A stretch of 64,000 nucleotides of DNA from Amoebidium appalachense (taxonomy: Eukaryota; Protista; Ichthyosporea): NCBI GenBank assembly GCA_963693365.1, contig CAVNZM010000003.1, positions 1,275,506 through 1,339,505 of the forward strand, given 5' to 3'. The notes beneath the pieces are model-generated. The model saw only the letters and a program-made list of their open reading frames with translations. It was not told the DNA's origin and did no database searches. This document shows, piece by piece, positions 1 through 30,682 of this stretch. Positions within the stretch are counted from its first letter, which is position 1, and each line of letters begins with the position of its first letter. A program made the position numbers and the translations under genes.

Positions 1-534
1 GGGGAGGGGTGGGGGGGGGAAGGGGGGGGGGGGGGGGGGGGGGGGGGGGGAGCTCGAGGAATTTGGCAGGGGTGTCGATTGTCACACAACATGAGTCGAT
101 GCATTCAAGGGCATGCATATTGGGTGTTGAAAAGAACGAGAAAAGCCACCTTTGAGCTTTGAGGGGAGATGTTATAGAGGTGAGATGCGGAGGGAGCCCA
201 TCGGTCAGTTGGGTGTGTGAGTGTTTGCTTGTGCCGAAAAGGAGGGGGGGAAAGGGGGGGGAGGGTGGGCAGGCGATGAGCGAAAATTCGTGGGAGACGG
301 AGGGGATCTCTGAGGGTTGCAAAGGGGGATGGGGAACAGGATGGGGGCGGAAGGGTGGGGAGGGGGAGAGGAGGAGGGGACGAAGGGTGAGGGGGGGAGG
401 GGGGAGGGAAGGGGTGGTGGTTAGGGGCCAACAGAGGGAGAGGGGGGAAGGGGGGGGGGGGGGGGGGGGGGGAGGGAGGCGGGAGCGAGGGGGGAGGAGG
501 GAGATGGTGGTGGTGGGGAGGGGGGGTGACCTAC

Positions 535-1668
535 ATGATATGAGAGAATAAAGTTTGCCTTCATTGCTATTGCTTCATCTAGAACCCTCTCTGTCAGATC
601 GACTGCAGAAGAAAACTTCAATCAATTGCTTATTGAAAAGTTTATTGGTTCCCCAAAATTGTACTCAGCCGCACCCCCCTCCATCCCCCCCCCCCCCACC
701 CCCCCCACCCCCCACCCTCTCCCCCATACACACACACACATACAGACCCCCTCCCCCCCCCCCCCCCCCCTCCTTCTACCCATCCTTTCCTTTCCATCCA
801 AAACTAGACACGCACACGAACATAAACACACACACGTGCCCACACGCACACCATTCTGTTCCACCTGTTTCACTCCCCTCCCCTCCCCCCCCCTCCCCCC
901 CCCCCCCCCCCCCTCCCCCTCCCCCCCTCTCTTGGCCAGCCACCACCACCATCCACGCCACACCCTCTTTCGTTGCTGTCACGATTTCTCTGTCCGTCTG
1001 CCAGTCTCCCCCCCCCCCCTCTCCCCCCCCCCCCCCCCCCCCACCCGCCCCGTCCCCCTCCCCCTCCATCCGATCCCGCTCTTCTCCCTTGCATGCTTCC
1101 GAATCCTCGGGTATATCAATGAGTTCGAAAGCCAAAAAAAGCTGTCGCGAAGTGTGTTGGTGGTGGTGTGTGTGCGTGTGTGTGTGTGTGGGGGGGGGGG
1201 GGGGATATAAAATACCTAGCACTACATGGTGAAGGAGGGGGGGGAGGGGGGGGGGAGGGTAGGGGGGGGGGGGGGGGGGGGGGGGCGGAGTGTGACAATG
1301 GGGGAAGTGGTGTTGTTAAAAGAGCGAGACGGGGTTGATTCTAGCATGAGAAGATAGGAAATCACAAAAGATGAGACGAACAGCACAGCCGGATAGAAAG
1401 CGAATGGGGAACTTTGACAAGAAAGAAGAGAAAGAGGGCAGAAAAGTGTGTGCCAGAAGTAGGAAGAGTCACACTGAATAAGGGGAAGGGGCGGGGGGGG
1501 GGGGGGGGAGGGGGGGACACCGAGGGGAGAGAGGGGGGAGGGGGGGAGAGGGGAGGGGGGGGAGAAAGAGGGGGGCAGGGGGCAGGGGCAGGGGTGTAAA
1601 GCAGGGGTGGATGGGGGAGAGAGGACCTGGCTCAGCAAGAGAGAAAGATAGAGGGGGGGAAGGGGAGG

Positions 1669-1710
<42 letters not shown>

Positions 1711-1950
1711 GTGTGTGTGTGTGCGTGCGTGTGTGTGTGTGTGTGTGGGAAGGAGGGGAGGAGGGGGAGAGAGGGCAAGGGGGGGATGGGGGGGGGGGGG
1801 AGGCGGAGAGAGAGTTGGGGGAGGGGAGAGAGAGAGCGAGGGTGGGGGGAGGAAGGAGGGAGTGAGAAAGAGATATAGTATGAGGAAAAGAGAGAACAGG
1901 GAAGGAGGAAGAGGGGGGGGGGGGGGAGGGCGCAAGAGCAAGAGAGAGAG

Positions 1951-1981
<31 letters not shown>

Positions 1982-2018
1982 AGGGGGGAGAGAGACGGGG
2001 GGGGGGGAAGGGGGGGGG

Positions 2019-2064
<46 letters not shown>

Positions 2065-2356
2065 GAGAGAGAAATAGTAGTAGAAGAAGAAGAAGAGAAG
2101 GGATGGGGCCCGGCGAGGAAGGAAAGAGAGAGAGAGCGCGCGATGTATAGTGCGGTAGAGAGATGAGCGAAGAGAGACACGGGGGGGGGGGGGGGGGGGG
2201 GAGAGAGAGAGAGAGAGAGAGTAAGAGGGAGGGAGAGAATGAGGGAGGGAGGGAGTGAGAGAGAGAGAGAGCGAGAGAGCGAGAGATATAGAGATAGAGA
2301 TAGAGATAGAGAGAGATAGAGAGAGGGAGGGAGAGAGAGAGAGAGAGAGGGAGGGA

Positions 2357-2422
<66 letters not shown>

Positions 2423-2714
2423 AGCGAGGGGAGGGGGAGGGGGGGGGGGGAGTGTCAAGAGCATAGTGGACAGGGAGACGAACTGGATGGGTAGTGCACA
2501 ATCAACGCGGAGGGGAGGGGGGGGGGGGGGGGGGAGGGGGGAAGGGTGAGAGGCGGACGGATGTATGGGGGTTGGAATGCTTACTCGTCAAAAGCATTTT
2601 GCTGACTTGGTGCGGTGCTGATGGTTCAACAAGAAGACCGACATTATCCCAAGACTCAGCAAGAGGGAGAGGGGCATACCCATCAAGCCTACTGACTACC
2701 TCTTTGAGATCCAT
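535..2714 (-). CDS. NIF3L1: NIF3-like protein 1 (YbgI/NIF3 family), first two coding exons; gene continues left of the window
   Basis: Exon 2714-2585 (MDLKEVVSRLDGYAPLPLAESWDNVGLLVEPSAPHQVSKMLLT, donor GTAAGC) splices phase-1 to exon 602-535 (IDLTERVLDEAIAMKANFILSYH, acceptor TGCAG, donor GTAGGT). The APL-LAESWDNVGLLV and DLT...A.....ILSYH motifs are characteristic of the NIF3 family. Confidence 0.9.
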
Positions 2715-3842
2715 GTCAGTAGTTGTTTTGGTGTGAATGTTTTGCTGTGGGAGGTGCTTGAAGAAGTGAAGTTGGAGAGGACGAGAGAGCAGTGAGCGAA
2801 GAAGGGCGTGTTTGTGTGCGCTAAAAAGGGTAAGGGCGACGCTCATACTGTTGTGTTAGTTGTGTTGTAATCACTATAAACGTGGGTGAATGATTGACTT
2901 ACATATGTATGTGTATTACACCCCTAATCGAAAACAAACTGAGCCGCCGAGCTCAAAAGTTTGGAATCCGGGAAGTGGACATCTCAATGTGGTTACGTAA
3001 AAACGGTTTGGATTGGAAGATAGGGTACGTGTTTTCATTGGCTTAGCATGCACCAGCTTGGCAGCTCTCCTCCATTCCAACGTCAATAAAAAGCATTCCT
3101 AAGATCTAGATCCTCCCAGCCAGCTCCAAGATAGGAAATCGAGTGATGCTATTGTATGCACACTTAAATGCAAACACCCATGCAGAATAATTCCTTTTAA
3201 TTAGAAAGAGTAAAAAGAAACAAAATATTTCCAGCCATACAGGTTTATTGCTGTATACTATTGACGTTATCGTGACGGTCATGAGCAGTCCAGGGTTTGA
3301 TAATATTCTATCGGTCTTTGGTAGGAAACTACAAATTGTAAATTCCAAAGGATAACTTGACTAACTTGACTTGCTCCCTCCATGCATGCACAGCCGTCCG
3401 ACGTGCACAAAACCCAAAAAGTTTCGTTACGTTGAGAAGCCTCTTCGCTTCTTTTTCCTTTTTCAAGAAGGGCGTGCAAAGCTTACATAAACGGGCTCTA
3501 CATTTACAAATGATATGTGCGCACGCACACAGCCATTCGGGTACACGGAACCACACGCTAGACCAGCAGAATTCACCATTCAAATCTGTAGTGTGAGGTC
3601 GTCCGAGTCACGACCACAGTCGCGCAGAATCGCAACCCTCTCAACGTCTGATGTTGCACTTTTAGACTCTATATTTAATTTTTGATTTTTTTTTAAGTGG
3701 TCTTTATATATATGTTTTTTCCCTTAACATTCTCGTAGGTTTGCCTATGCTAGTAATCCCTCGGTCATGATGTTCTAATAGTTCCTGAGGGATTCTCTCC
3801 CCAACCACACAACACCAGGAAAACAACACCACACACCCAACC

Positions 3843-9733
<5,891 letters not shown>

Positions 9734-9774
9734 GCTATTTTTGGTTCATGATGCTATATATATCCATATACACA

Positions 9775-9807
<33 letters not shown>

Positions 9808-10861
9808 GGCTATCATTTTAGCCTTTTTAGGATATTATTTATAGATTATAGTTGGCTTCCGACAGTGTTATCAAGTAGCTAGATAATATATTTGGGATAT
9901 ACCTGGCGTCTATGAAATCTTAATTTCTGTGCAGGAAGAGAGATAACTACTTCAAGATATATATGATATTTGCTTTGAAATATTTCAGTGTGTTTAGTAT
10001 TATTACTATTGTTGGTAATACTAGTGTTACTGGTAATACCACCTGTGCGCACCATACAGTCACACACATTAGTAACATGAAACACCAATATCTATAGCAC
10101 CCAGCAAACATACATCAATAGCGCTTAGTTAAAACACCCTTCATGGAAAATGCGCACGCACGTGCACACAATATGAATTTACTTTTACATTCGACACACA
10201 CGATATTTTTTCATAGGCTTATATGTGACACGGTGCAGCAACATATACAGCTCTGCTCGATATCAACATTTCTCTAGGATTCCCTTATTCAACCGTGCAC
10301 CTTTTAAAAGGTTTGACGGGGATTGACCAATGACAAATGTCTAATAAAGATGGTCGAACATATCATACTCAGATGCTCATGACGGCATGCGCACTTGAAC
10401 TGATGTCATATTGACGTCACGCTGCGGATTAATGCCGCCATAGAGCTGCAAACCAGACGAACCACTTATGTAGGAGAGGTCAGCCTTCGAAAGAGATGGG
10501 ACCCTTCCCCCCCCCCGGGCCCCCCCCTCTCTGATGATCGAAGAGCTCTGCTCAAGTGTACCTAAAAAGCGAACCGTTGACTTACATATAGTGGAGTTTA
10601 ACTTGGAATTTAACTTTCGGTTTCTTCAAACTTTTGTGACACTTGTTATCTTTCGATGTCCCTTACTTCCATAACTCCAACCCTCTACTGATCCCCCCTC
10701 CCCCTTCCTCCTCCTCACTCACCTAAGTAGAAATGAACAAGCAGCACCGACTAAGAGCATCCTTCAGTATGTTAGTGGTAGCGGTACCAGTGGTGGTGGT
10801 GGTGTGGTGCGTGTGTGTGTGTGCGTGTTTTTTTTTTGTGTGTGTTTTTTTTTTTTTTTTT

Positions 10862-10892
<31 letters not shown>

Positions 10893-11927
10893 GGGGGTTA
10901 TAGCATCATGATAGTTCAAAAGTGCAATCGAAAAAGAAAAAATCATGGGTGGAGGCCAGTCCTCCCGAATATTTCCAAGCGGCCGAAAATATACAGATCA
11001 TGATACGAGTAGTATTTCGGCCAAACGATAACATGACTATCCTTAATCGATTTTCCGATTTATAAAATTTAATACCGTGCTAATTATAACCTCAAATTGC
11101 ACAATCCACTCATGAGATATCACTAGCAAAGGCAATTGAATTCTCGTGACCCCCCACGGGAAAGCCATTAAAATTTGACAAAGTCCGTGCATGCATGTTG
11201 GCGCATTTCGTTCTTTTTTTTATTATTATCTTTTTTTATGTCACATGGTAATAAACATTGCAAATATATCCATGAACGACTATGATGTCTGCATATCTAC
11301 AGGGTTACTTATTGCTTATAATTATATAAATTTACAAGGTGATATACCTATCTGAGCAAGAAAGAAAAAAAACACGTACGGAATTTGAACAATAAAAAGG
11401 CAGAACCAATCATTTAGCTCAATTTATGCTTGGGGTCATACAAACAAAAACCATGCTTAACATATATAATAATAATTGAAATCACACCAAATTTAAGGTT
11501 CAAACTCATTTAATTACACCTTAAGAATATCGTGTGTTTTGCCTAATTAGGCTAAAAAAAAGCACGTGTCTGCTTGCGTTACTGTGTGTGTACACGGTTC
11601 GTCATGTGCACAAGTATTCATGCCTGGTAATATTTTACCCATGCGCTATTGTTGGGAACATATACAAGTTTATGTCGTATATGTAACTGTGTGGTGTATG
11701 TGTGGCAGGGCCAATAATGACAATAACAATCAACACTTATGAAAATTAGTATAAACAATGACGAAAATCACCAATAATCATGAACCTTCAATAAAAAACC
11801 AGTAATGACATTGATAACCAATAATGATAAAAACATTATACAACAACAATATTATGATCATTAAACAATCATTGTTAACCAACCATAAAAATGATAACCA
11901 CACTGTTTACATGATTACTATAGTATA

Positions 11928-22613
<10,686 letters not shown>

Positions 22614-22654
22614 TCTGTAGAATAGGAAAAAGTCAGTTAATTTATCTGACAAAT

Positions 22655-22685
<31 letters not shown>

Positions 22686-22870
22686 GCCCTACAGATATCA
22701 CGAATATAGCCTAACCCAGCCTTGTTCATGAAATCTGTCATGTAGCAAAGACGCCCAAGGTTTTAGCTATATATAGCAACAAACGGCTTTCCAATTTTAG
22801 CACGAACCAATGGGACGGGTTGGTTTATTTGGCGCTACTGAGCTAAGGCATTTTCTCGCTTGTGCATAAA

Positions 22871-23093
22871 CATGAATTGCACGTGATACCATCATGCATG
22901 TATATGTACATAGGCATGAATTGCACGTGATACCATCATGCATGTATATGTACATAGGCATGAATTGCACGTGATACCATCATGCATGTATATGTACATA
23001 GGCATGAATTGCACGTGATACCATCATGCATGTATATGTACATAGGCATGAATTGCACGTGATACCATCATGCATGTATATGTACATAGGCAT
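22871..23093. repeat. Perfect 44-bp tandem repeat x5 (CATGAATTGCACGTGATACCATCATGCATGTATATGTACATAGG)
   Basis: Five identical units at 22871, 22915, 22959, 23003, 23047, about 260 bp upstream of the gene A ATG. Confidence 0.95.
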
Positions 23094-25306
23094 TGTGCAC
23101 ACCGTATGATCAACCTACGCCGGATTATGGTGCCTGCGTAAAATATAGTTGGCTTCTAGGTAAATGTAAGCCGACAGTTGTACATTTGCAATGTTTACAC
23201 AGTCCCGCTTGACATTCAGAAAGCGGACTTTCTGGCATATAACTATATCTCCTCTGCTTAAGACACGGCATAAGCAAAGCCCATTATAATAAAGTAAAGT
23301 GTTGTAAATTCTACGTGTTTCTCTTACTGCCTGTCACCCACCAGTTGAGACTGTATGCACCCTGAAACACGGGTGTCCTAATTCGTGTCCGTGTATGTGT
23401 GTAATTTTTTTGTTTTCGTGTGTGCGCGTGCACGTGTGTGGGTACGTGCGTGCGCATGCGTATGTGTGTGTGCTTGTGTGTTTTGAACTATCACGCAACG
23501 CGGCACACACTCATGATCAAACCGAGCACTTCGCAATTGGTCAAAAGAATTCCTGTCTGTGCATAGGTGTAGCCTATACGTGCAGGAATGAACAAACCCA
23601 TGTCCCCAATTTTTTACAAACTCCTTGGAAAAACTCAAACACACAAAAAAGAAACATGCCTAAACGGGGGGGAAGGGGGGGGGGGGGGGGGGGGGGGGGG
23701 AGGGGGGGGGGGGGGGGGGGGGGGGGGGAAGAAGGTGGGTAGGGGAGAGGGGAGAGGACAAAACTGGAGGAGGATGTGGGAGTGTGGAGGTGGATAGCAA
23801 AGATGAACAGGAGAAGGAGGTGATGTGTGACGGGTGGGTGGGTAGGTGGGTGGTTGGGTGGGTGTGGGCAGGGGGGGGGGGGGGGGGGGTGTTGAGATGC
23901 ATGTGACGATTCAAAAAAAGAACTTCGGGGCCACCCACGTGCTTTGAACCACAGACACGGCAACACAAACGAGTCATCTGAAAGGCCAGAGCGCAACACC
24001 AGGAAATTGGAGGAAGGGGGAAGGGGATGGGGGGAGGGGAAGGGGGGGGAGAAGGGGCTGTGCAGTATATGGTGGATAGAGAAATGAAAGGCAAGCATAC
24101 AACGGGGAGGCGGGAAGGGGGGGGGGGGGGGGAGGAGGACGGGGGCGGGGGAGGGGGGGGGGGGGGGGGGGTTAACTTGATTGCGCACAGGAGATCTTGT
24201 TTGCCAGCTTGCAAGCGTATTGTTCCACCTGTCATATGAGCAACTCTAGGGCAATAAATTTTTTGGAGGGGATCCCGTTCACACCAAAAAAAGTAAAAAA
24301 TGAAAACTTTGCGAGTGTAGGTGGTTGACGGTTCAAATATTTACGTTTACCCACAACTGTTCAGTGAGATTTGGGCGCAACTGTGAAGGTGAAGGCCATT
24401 AGAAGGTAGGAAACCATTTCTGACTTGATGGAACACAGCTTGATATAAATTTACTTGTCCTCTGAGACCTGAAGTTATCTGACTTGTTGGTCTAACAGAG
24501 TACCATTTCAAGCTGACGTGTATACATCGTCGGCACCAAGTTGCTACCAACAATCGATTCGTTGCTTTCAGAAAACCAAATCCAAAGGAGCATTAGAGAC
24601 TCAGAGTAACATGAGCTGTTTAAAAAAGGCACATTTCTTGTATACGGCTAAGGAATGATTCCACAGGAGAGCGAAACGTCCCATAAATACAATAATGTAT
24701 TGTGTAGCCCTAACAAACACTTTTTTTTTTTTTTTTTGGCAAAGTGCAGCAAGTTTTCCCAGTTCGCTTGTTTAAATTTTGGGACCTGGCGATTGGATGA
24801 ATGGCTCACACAATAACGGTCGCAAGCAGAAGATGATAAGCTTGACGAGCGCGGCAGATAGATAGGCTAACAGATCTATTTTGGATGCGTGTCAATATGC
24901 CTTTCGTTTTTTATATATAGTTCAAGCTTCGTCTATTAATTTGTTATGGTTATATATGGTGTTATTGCGCAACTTTTGTAGCATAGTAAATCTTTATAGA
25001 GCATACCGTAAGAATCTAATGAATTTATTTACTTCATGCCATATTTACCACGCCTCCAAACAATGACATGTCTGATTGGTAGTTCAACATTCCATCTGAT
25101 AACGATATCACATGAGCTGCATGATGAGCATGGGAACTTCGGGAAGCTATATCGGAGGCCATGATGCATATGAATTGGCGTTCAAATATATATATATATA
25201 TATATATATACCTTCCACCGTTTCATGCAAAAAGATAATTGGTTGCTGCTAGTACACGCTTCCCCGTTCCCTATCGTAAACTACGCCCCTTCCATAATTA
25301 TATCTG

Positions 25307-26130
<824 letters not shown>

Positions 26131-26168
26131 GGTGCCTCCCCCCCTCCCCCCGCCCCCCTCTTCCTCCC

Positions 26169-26199
<31 letters not shown>

Positions 26200-26571
26200 C
26201 CACATCGGTACTCACACTCCGAGGCTCTCCCCTTCTTTCTCCTTGCCTCTTTGGCTCTCTCCCTATGGCCTCCCTCCCCTCTCCCTTTCATCCCCCCATC
26301 TGCAACCCCTCTCCCCATCTTCGCTGACCATTTCACTCCCTCAGAGTCCTCGTTAATCGAGCTCCCCATCCTTCCCTCCCTGCCTAGGCCTCTTGTAGCC
26401 TCCCTCCCTCCCTATTATCCCTCTCTCCCGGTTTCTCATCCTCCTCCTCGATCGCTCTCCTTCCCCTTCTCCCGTCTCTGAATATTGATCCCTCCATCTT
26501 CCTTTTTCTCCCTAGCCCCATGCCCCTTCTTTTGCTCTCTCTCCCGGGCAATCCCCCCCCCCCCCCCCCCC

Positions 26572-26606
<35 letters not shown>

Positions 26607-27376
26607 TTGAACCCCTACCCGAGCTCCAGCCCTTGGTCCCACTCTGTGCGCAGGACTTCTTCCCCTCGGAGTCCTCCCCCGTACGGCCCTCCCATTCTTT
26701 TCAGAGTGATGATAAATACATACCCGTGCTAATAAAGGCCGCCTAGCAAGCACTTTTAAATGGGCAGCACTAGTACTAATTCATTAGGCGCTCTTCTATG
26801 GTAGCTCCATTTTCTAGTTCTGGAGTCAACTTCCCGGAGTTACGTAGTAAGCTCTGAGTCGTTGACAATGCCTGTGGGTAGGTATAAAGGGCCTGCCCCG
26901 CCTGCTCGGCCAGAGCTAATGTTGGTATTTTTTTTTGTTTGTTTGTTGAAAGGGTGGAGGGCACAGGCAGACCATGTGCGAGAAAGCAAACCGTCGTGCA
27001 CGGAAGCCCCAATGATTTGTAGATATGTCTCATGCTATCGGACTTCAGTTTGAAGATGAATTCGAAGAATTATTAATATACGCCGCACAGCTGCTCCCAG
27101 GCGGCGTACACGTGAACTCTCCCGGATATATTAGATGGTACAGCCTGAGGTATGTATTGAGAGAAAGCCGGTCAATTGCAAGAAAGACGGGAGGGGACCC
27201 GGTGCATTTAAAATTATACGTTGTAACATCATATGTAACCAGATTCTGTATGTGCCGGTGGGTGGAGTCTGAGATCCAGGTGGTCTTTCTTTTCCCTTTG
27301 CGGTTCATTGAAATTTATTGCCTTGTGTCGGCGCAAAAGCAGGCGGCCGGGGCCAAAGGACGACGGTTTACGGTAG

Positions 27377-27437
<61 letters not shown>

Positions 27438-27546
27438 GTGCAGTAGAAATTGCGCAACTCGACAACGTTCTGTGTTTATACAGTACAGTTACCCCCCTGT
27501 GCAGAGGCCTAGGGCCCCCTCTGCGATTGGGTGTCCCCGCGGTGGA

Positions 27547-27642
<96 letters not shown>

Positions 27643-27656
27643 GGGTGGGGTGGGGT

Positions 27657-27689
<33 letters not shown>

Positions 27690-27886
27690 TGGAAGTTACA
27701 CCTTACTGTGATCCCTCCGCATTCACAAGGTGAGGATTTCCGCTCAATATTCATGATTGGATTTCTGGCAAGTTCGTGGGCTAGGTGCCAAAACGTTTCA
27801 GCTTCCCGCAACGTGGCAGACTCTGCCCGGTAGGCATTTAATGTTGGGGCCGAATGATTACGCACTATTAAGTTTAAATTTTATTG

Positions 27887-28028
27887 CAGTGGTCACGGCT
27901 GGGGCTGCAGCCTCACTTGGCGGGCTGTGTACTGTGGTCATGATATTTATTTTATTTGTTTTGAGGAGGGGACTCGGGGCTACACAACTTGAAATTTAAA
28001 GACTTTGGATCGCCGCTGCCGGTAGTTG

Positions 28029-28065
<37 letters not shown>

Positions 28066-29268
28066 TCCGGTCGGAAAGGGAAAGATTCGGCAACATGCGG
28101 GCGTTACCTAGCTACTAGAACTTTGACTCTTTAATTATTAACTTATTCGGGAATATCGAGGCGCATTTCCTACTCCCGTCGGCCCCGAGCTCTTCAACGT
28201 TAACCTGGCCAATTATTAGGCGACTGAATCATTATACAAGGGGTGTGTCTAAATTTTAAAACCCTAAAATGATTGGCCACAGCGGAGGCCAGCGAGACCT
28301 CGAGAGAAAGACTGAGTGAGGGCCGAGGGATCCGGAGGGGAGGGGGATGGGAACAGGAGGGCAGGCCTAGGCGGGAGGGAGAGAGGGAGAAAAGGCCTAG
28401 GGATGACTTCGGAAGAGGCCGGCAGGGCTTGAGAAAGCGATCGCGATTGAGCTCGAAGGTGGGTGGGAGAGAGCTAGCCTAAGGCTGGGCGGCGGTGATG
28501 GTGGCCATGGTGGTGGTGGTGGCTGGGATGCCCCGGCGGCGGGGGGGGGGGGGGGGGGGGGGGGGAGGGGGGAGGGGGGGGGGGGGAGGGGACTCGGAGG
28601 GGGGAGGGGGAGGGGGGAGGGGGGAGGATGAGAGAGAGAGTCGAGGCAGGAAACAGAGGCGAGAGTGTGCACATGTCAAGATCTTCGACAAAGATTAATC
28701 TAGAACTGTTCCGGAAAGCTCTTCAAGTTGGTCCTTATGATAGCTCAGTTTATAAGTCTGACTGTGATCAATTGCCGCGACGCTCCAACCTGAACGAAAA
28801 TGAACGAAAAAGGGGGCCCCTACAGGGGCCATTTAGGGCTAAGATAATTCACATATAAGATAGTTGGTACTAGATTTTTGGGAAAAAATTAAGATTCTAA
28901 TTCTAATCTATTCGATTCTATTAGGGGCTACCGATGCTGAGGGAAGAATAAGATAACGGGGAGGGAGGGGGGGGGGGGGGTAGAAGAGGATTCGGACTGA
29001 GGGGGGCTATGGCTTCCCTACTTAATTTAGTATTATTATTTTTAGGCTGTGCACAAGAAAAGCCCTTTCAAAGCTGTTGTGCAGCAGATAATATCTATTT
29101 TCTGATTAGCTTGAAGTCCTGTGGAAACTTTTGCTTCGTTACCAATCTACAGACCGAAAAAGTCAATATGTGTGCATCATGCGTGTGTGTGTCTGTGTGT
29201 CTGTGTGTGTGTTTTGTGTGTGTGTGTGTGTGTGGGGGGGGGGGGGGATGAGTCTCCTGTCCTTATGT

Positions 29269-29327
<59 letters not shown>

Positions 29328-29455
29328 CAACCGGCGAAGCCGGAGTGAAACAGTTTAAAATTTACATTAATGGGCCCACTATGCTCAGACACAATGTGTG
29401 TGTGTGTGTGTGCATGTGTGTGTTTGTGTGTCCGTGTCACGGTGTATGGTGTGTA

Positions 29456-29497
<42 letters not shown>

Positions 29498-29596
29498 CAA
29501 AAAAAAAAAAAAAAAAAAAAAAAAACTCGCGCAGCCCAGAAAAAGGAACCACTGGACGGGGGGAAGGGGGGAGGGGGGGTGGCAGGGGGAAGGGGG

Positions 29597-29632
<36 letters not shown>

Positions 29633-29773
29633 GGGGGGGGGGGAGGGGGGGGGGGGGGGGGGAGGGAGGAAAGGGGGGGGGGGGGGGGGGGGAGCGAGGG
29701 GGACACACTGGGGGCTGTGCAAAAATGTGTATGTGTCTGTGTGTACGTCTGGATTTTGTGTTCCTTTGTCACT

Positions 29774-29807
<34 letters not shown>

Positions 29808-29833
29808 CTCCGTGTCACGGTGCACGGTGTTTG

Positions 29834-29878
<45 letters not shown>

Positions 29879-29999
29879 CCCCCCCTCCCCCCCCCCCCCC
29901 CCCCCCCCCTCCCCACCACCACCACCACCACCACCACAAAAAAAAAAAAGAAAGAAAAAAAAAAAACCTCCGCAGCCCAGAATAATGCGTGACCCACTG
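27887..29999. mobile_element. Possible degenerate TIR DNA-transposon relic (CAGTGG(G)TCAC... ends)
   Basis: CAGTGGTCACGGCTGGGGCTGC at 27887 is an imperfect inverted match to GCAGCCCAG..GTGACCCACTG ending at 29999. Related ends at ~29532-29554 and 30143-30152. No transposase ORF recognised. Confidence 0.3.
28315..28660. repeat. Degenerate GA-rich dispersed repeat, second copy at ~37428-37655
   Basis: Shared ordered blocks GGCCGAGGGA, GCGGGAGGGAGAGAGGGAGAAAAGG, GGGCTTGAG, GGGTGGGAGAGAGCTA, GGCGGCGG, (TGG)n, poly-G. Confidence 0.7.
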
Positions 30000-30011
30000 T
30001 AGACACCCACG

Positions 30012-30055
<44 letters not shown>

Positions 30056-30482
30056 GGGTGGGCCGGGGGGACAAGATAATGAACCTTACGACCGAGAAAC
30101 CCTAAACCGTATATATTTATTTACCTAATATCTTAGAAGTGGGTGACCACTGTACCCCCGCTAAGCTTAATAATAGCTTAATTAAGCGCCAAAGCTTCCC
30201 GTAACGACCTGGCACTCAGTGAAGTATATAATTTATAAGAAATGCTATAAACTATCTATTAAAACTTAGCTCATTGGCAATACCTCGAAAGCACGGCGGG
30301 GTTTTCCGTCCAGACGCGGGGGCAAAAAGCACCGCAAAATGGGGACGCATGCGTCTGAATTTGAGGGACCGAATTTGTCGAGCTAGCGCTCATGAAGTTA
30401 TATGCGAATTGATCCATGTAGCCCCGGGGTGGGATTCCGATGGGGCCGGTCACGTGTGTGTGTGTGTGTGTGCACGGCGTGT

Positions 30483-30561
<79 letters not shown>

Positions 30562-30569
30562 CAACGGTT

Positions 30570-30615
<46 letters not shown>

Positions 30616-30618
30616 TGC

Positions 30619-30682
<64 letters not shown>

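Noticed and set aside
930-1155. Complex-sequence islands in NIF3L1 intron 1 as extra exons
   Set aside because: Exons 1 and 2 join directly to give the conserved LLT-x-DLT motif.
27025-27375. Non-repetitive ORFs in the spacer (27025+, 27045-, 24347-, 34685-, 36178+, 39044-)
   Set aside because: No recognisable motifs, codon bias or consistent splice structure; possibly decayed TE sequence. A translated homology search is needed.
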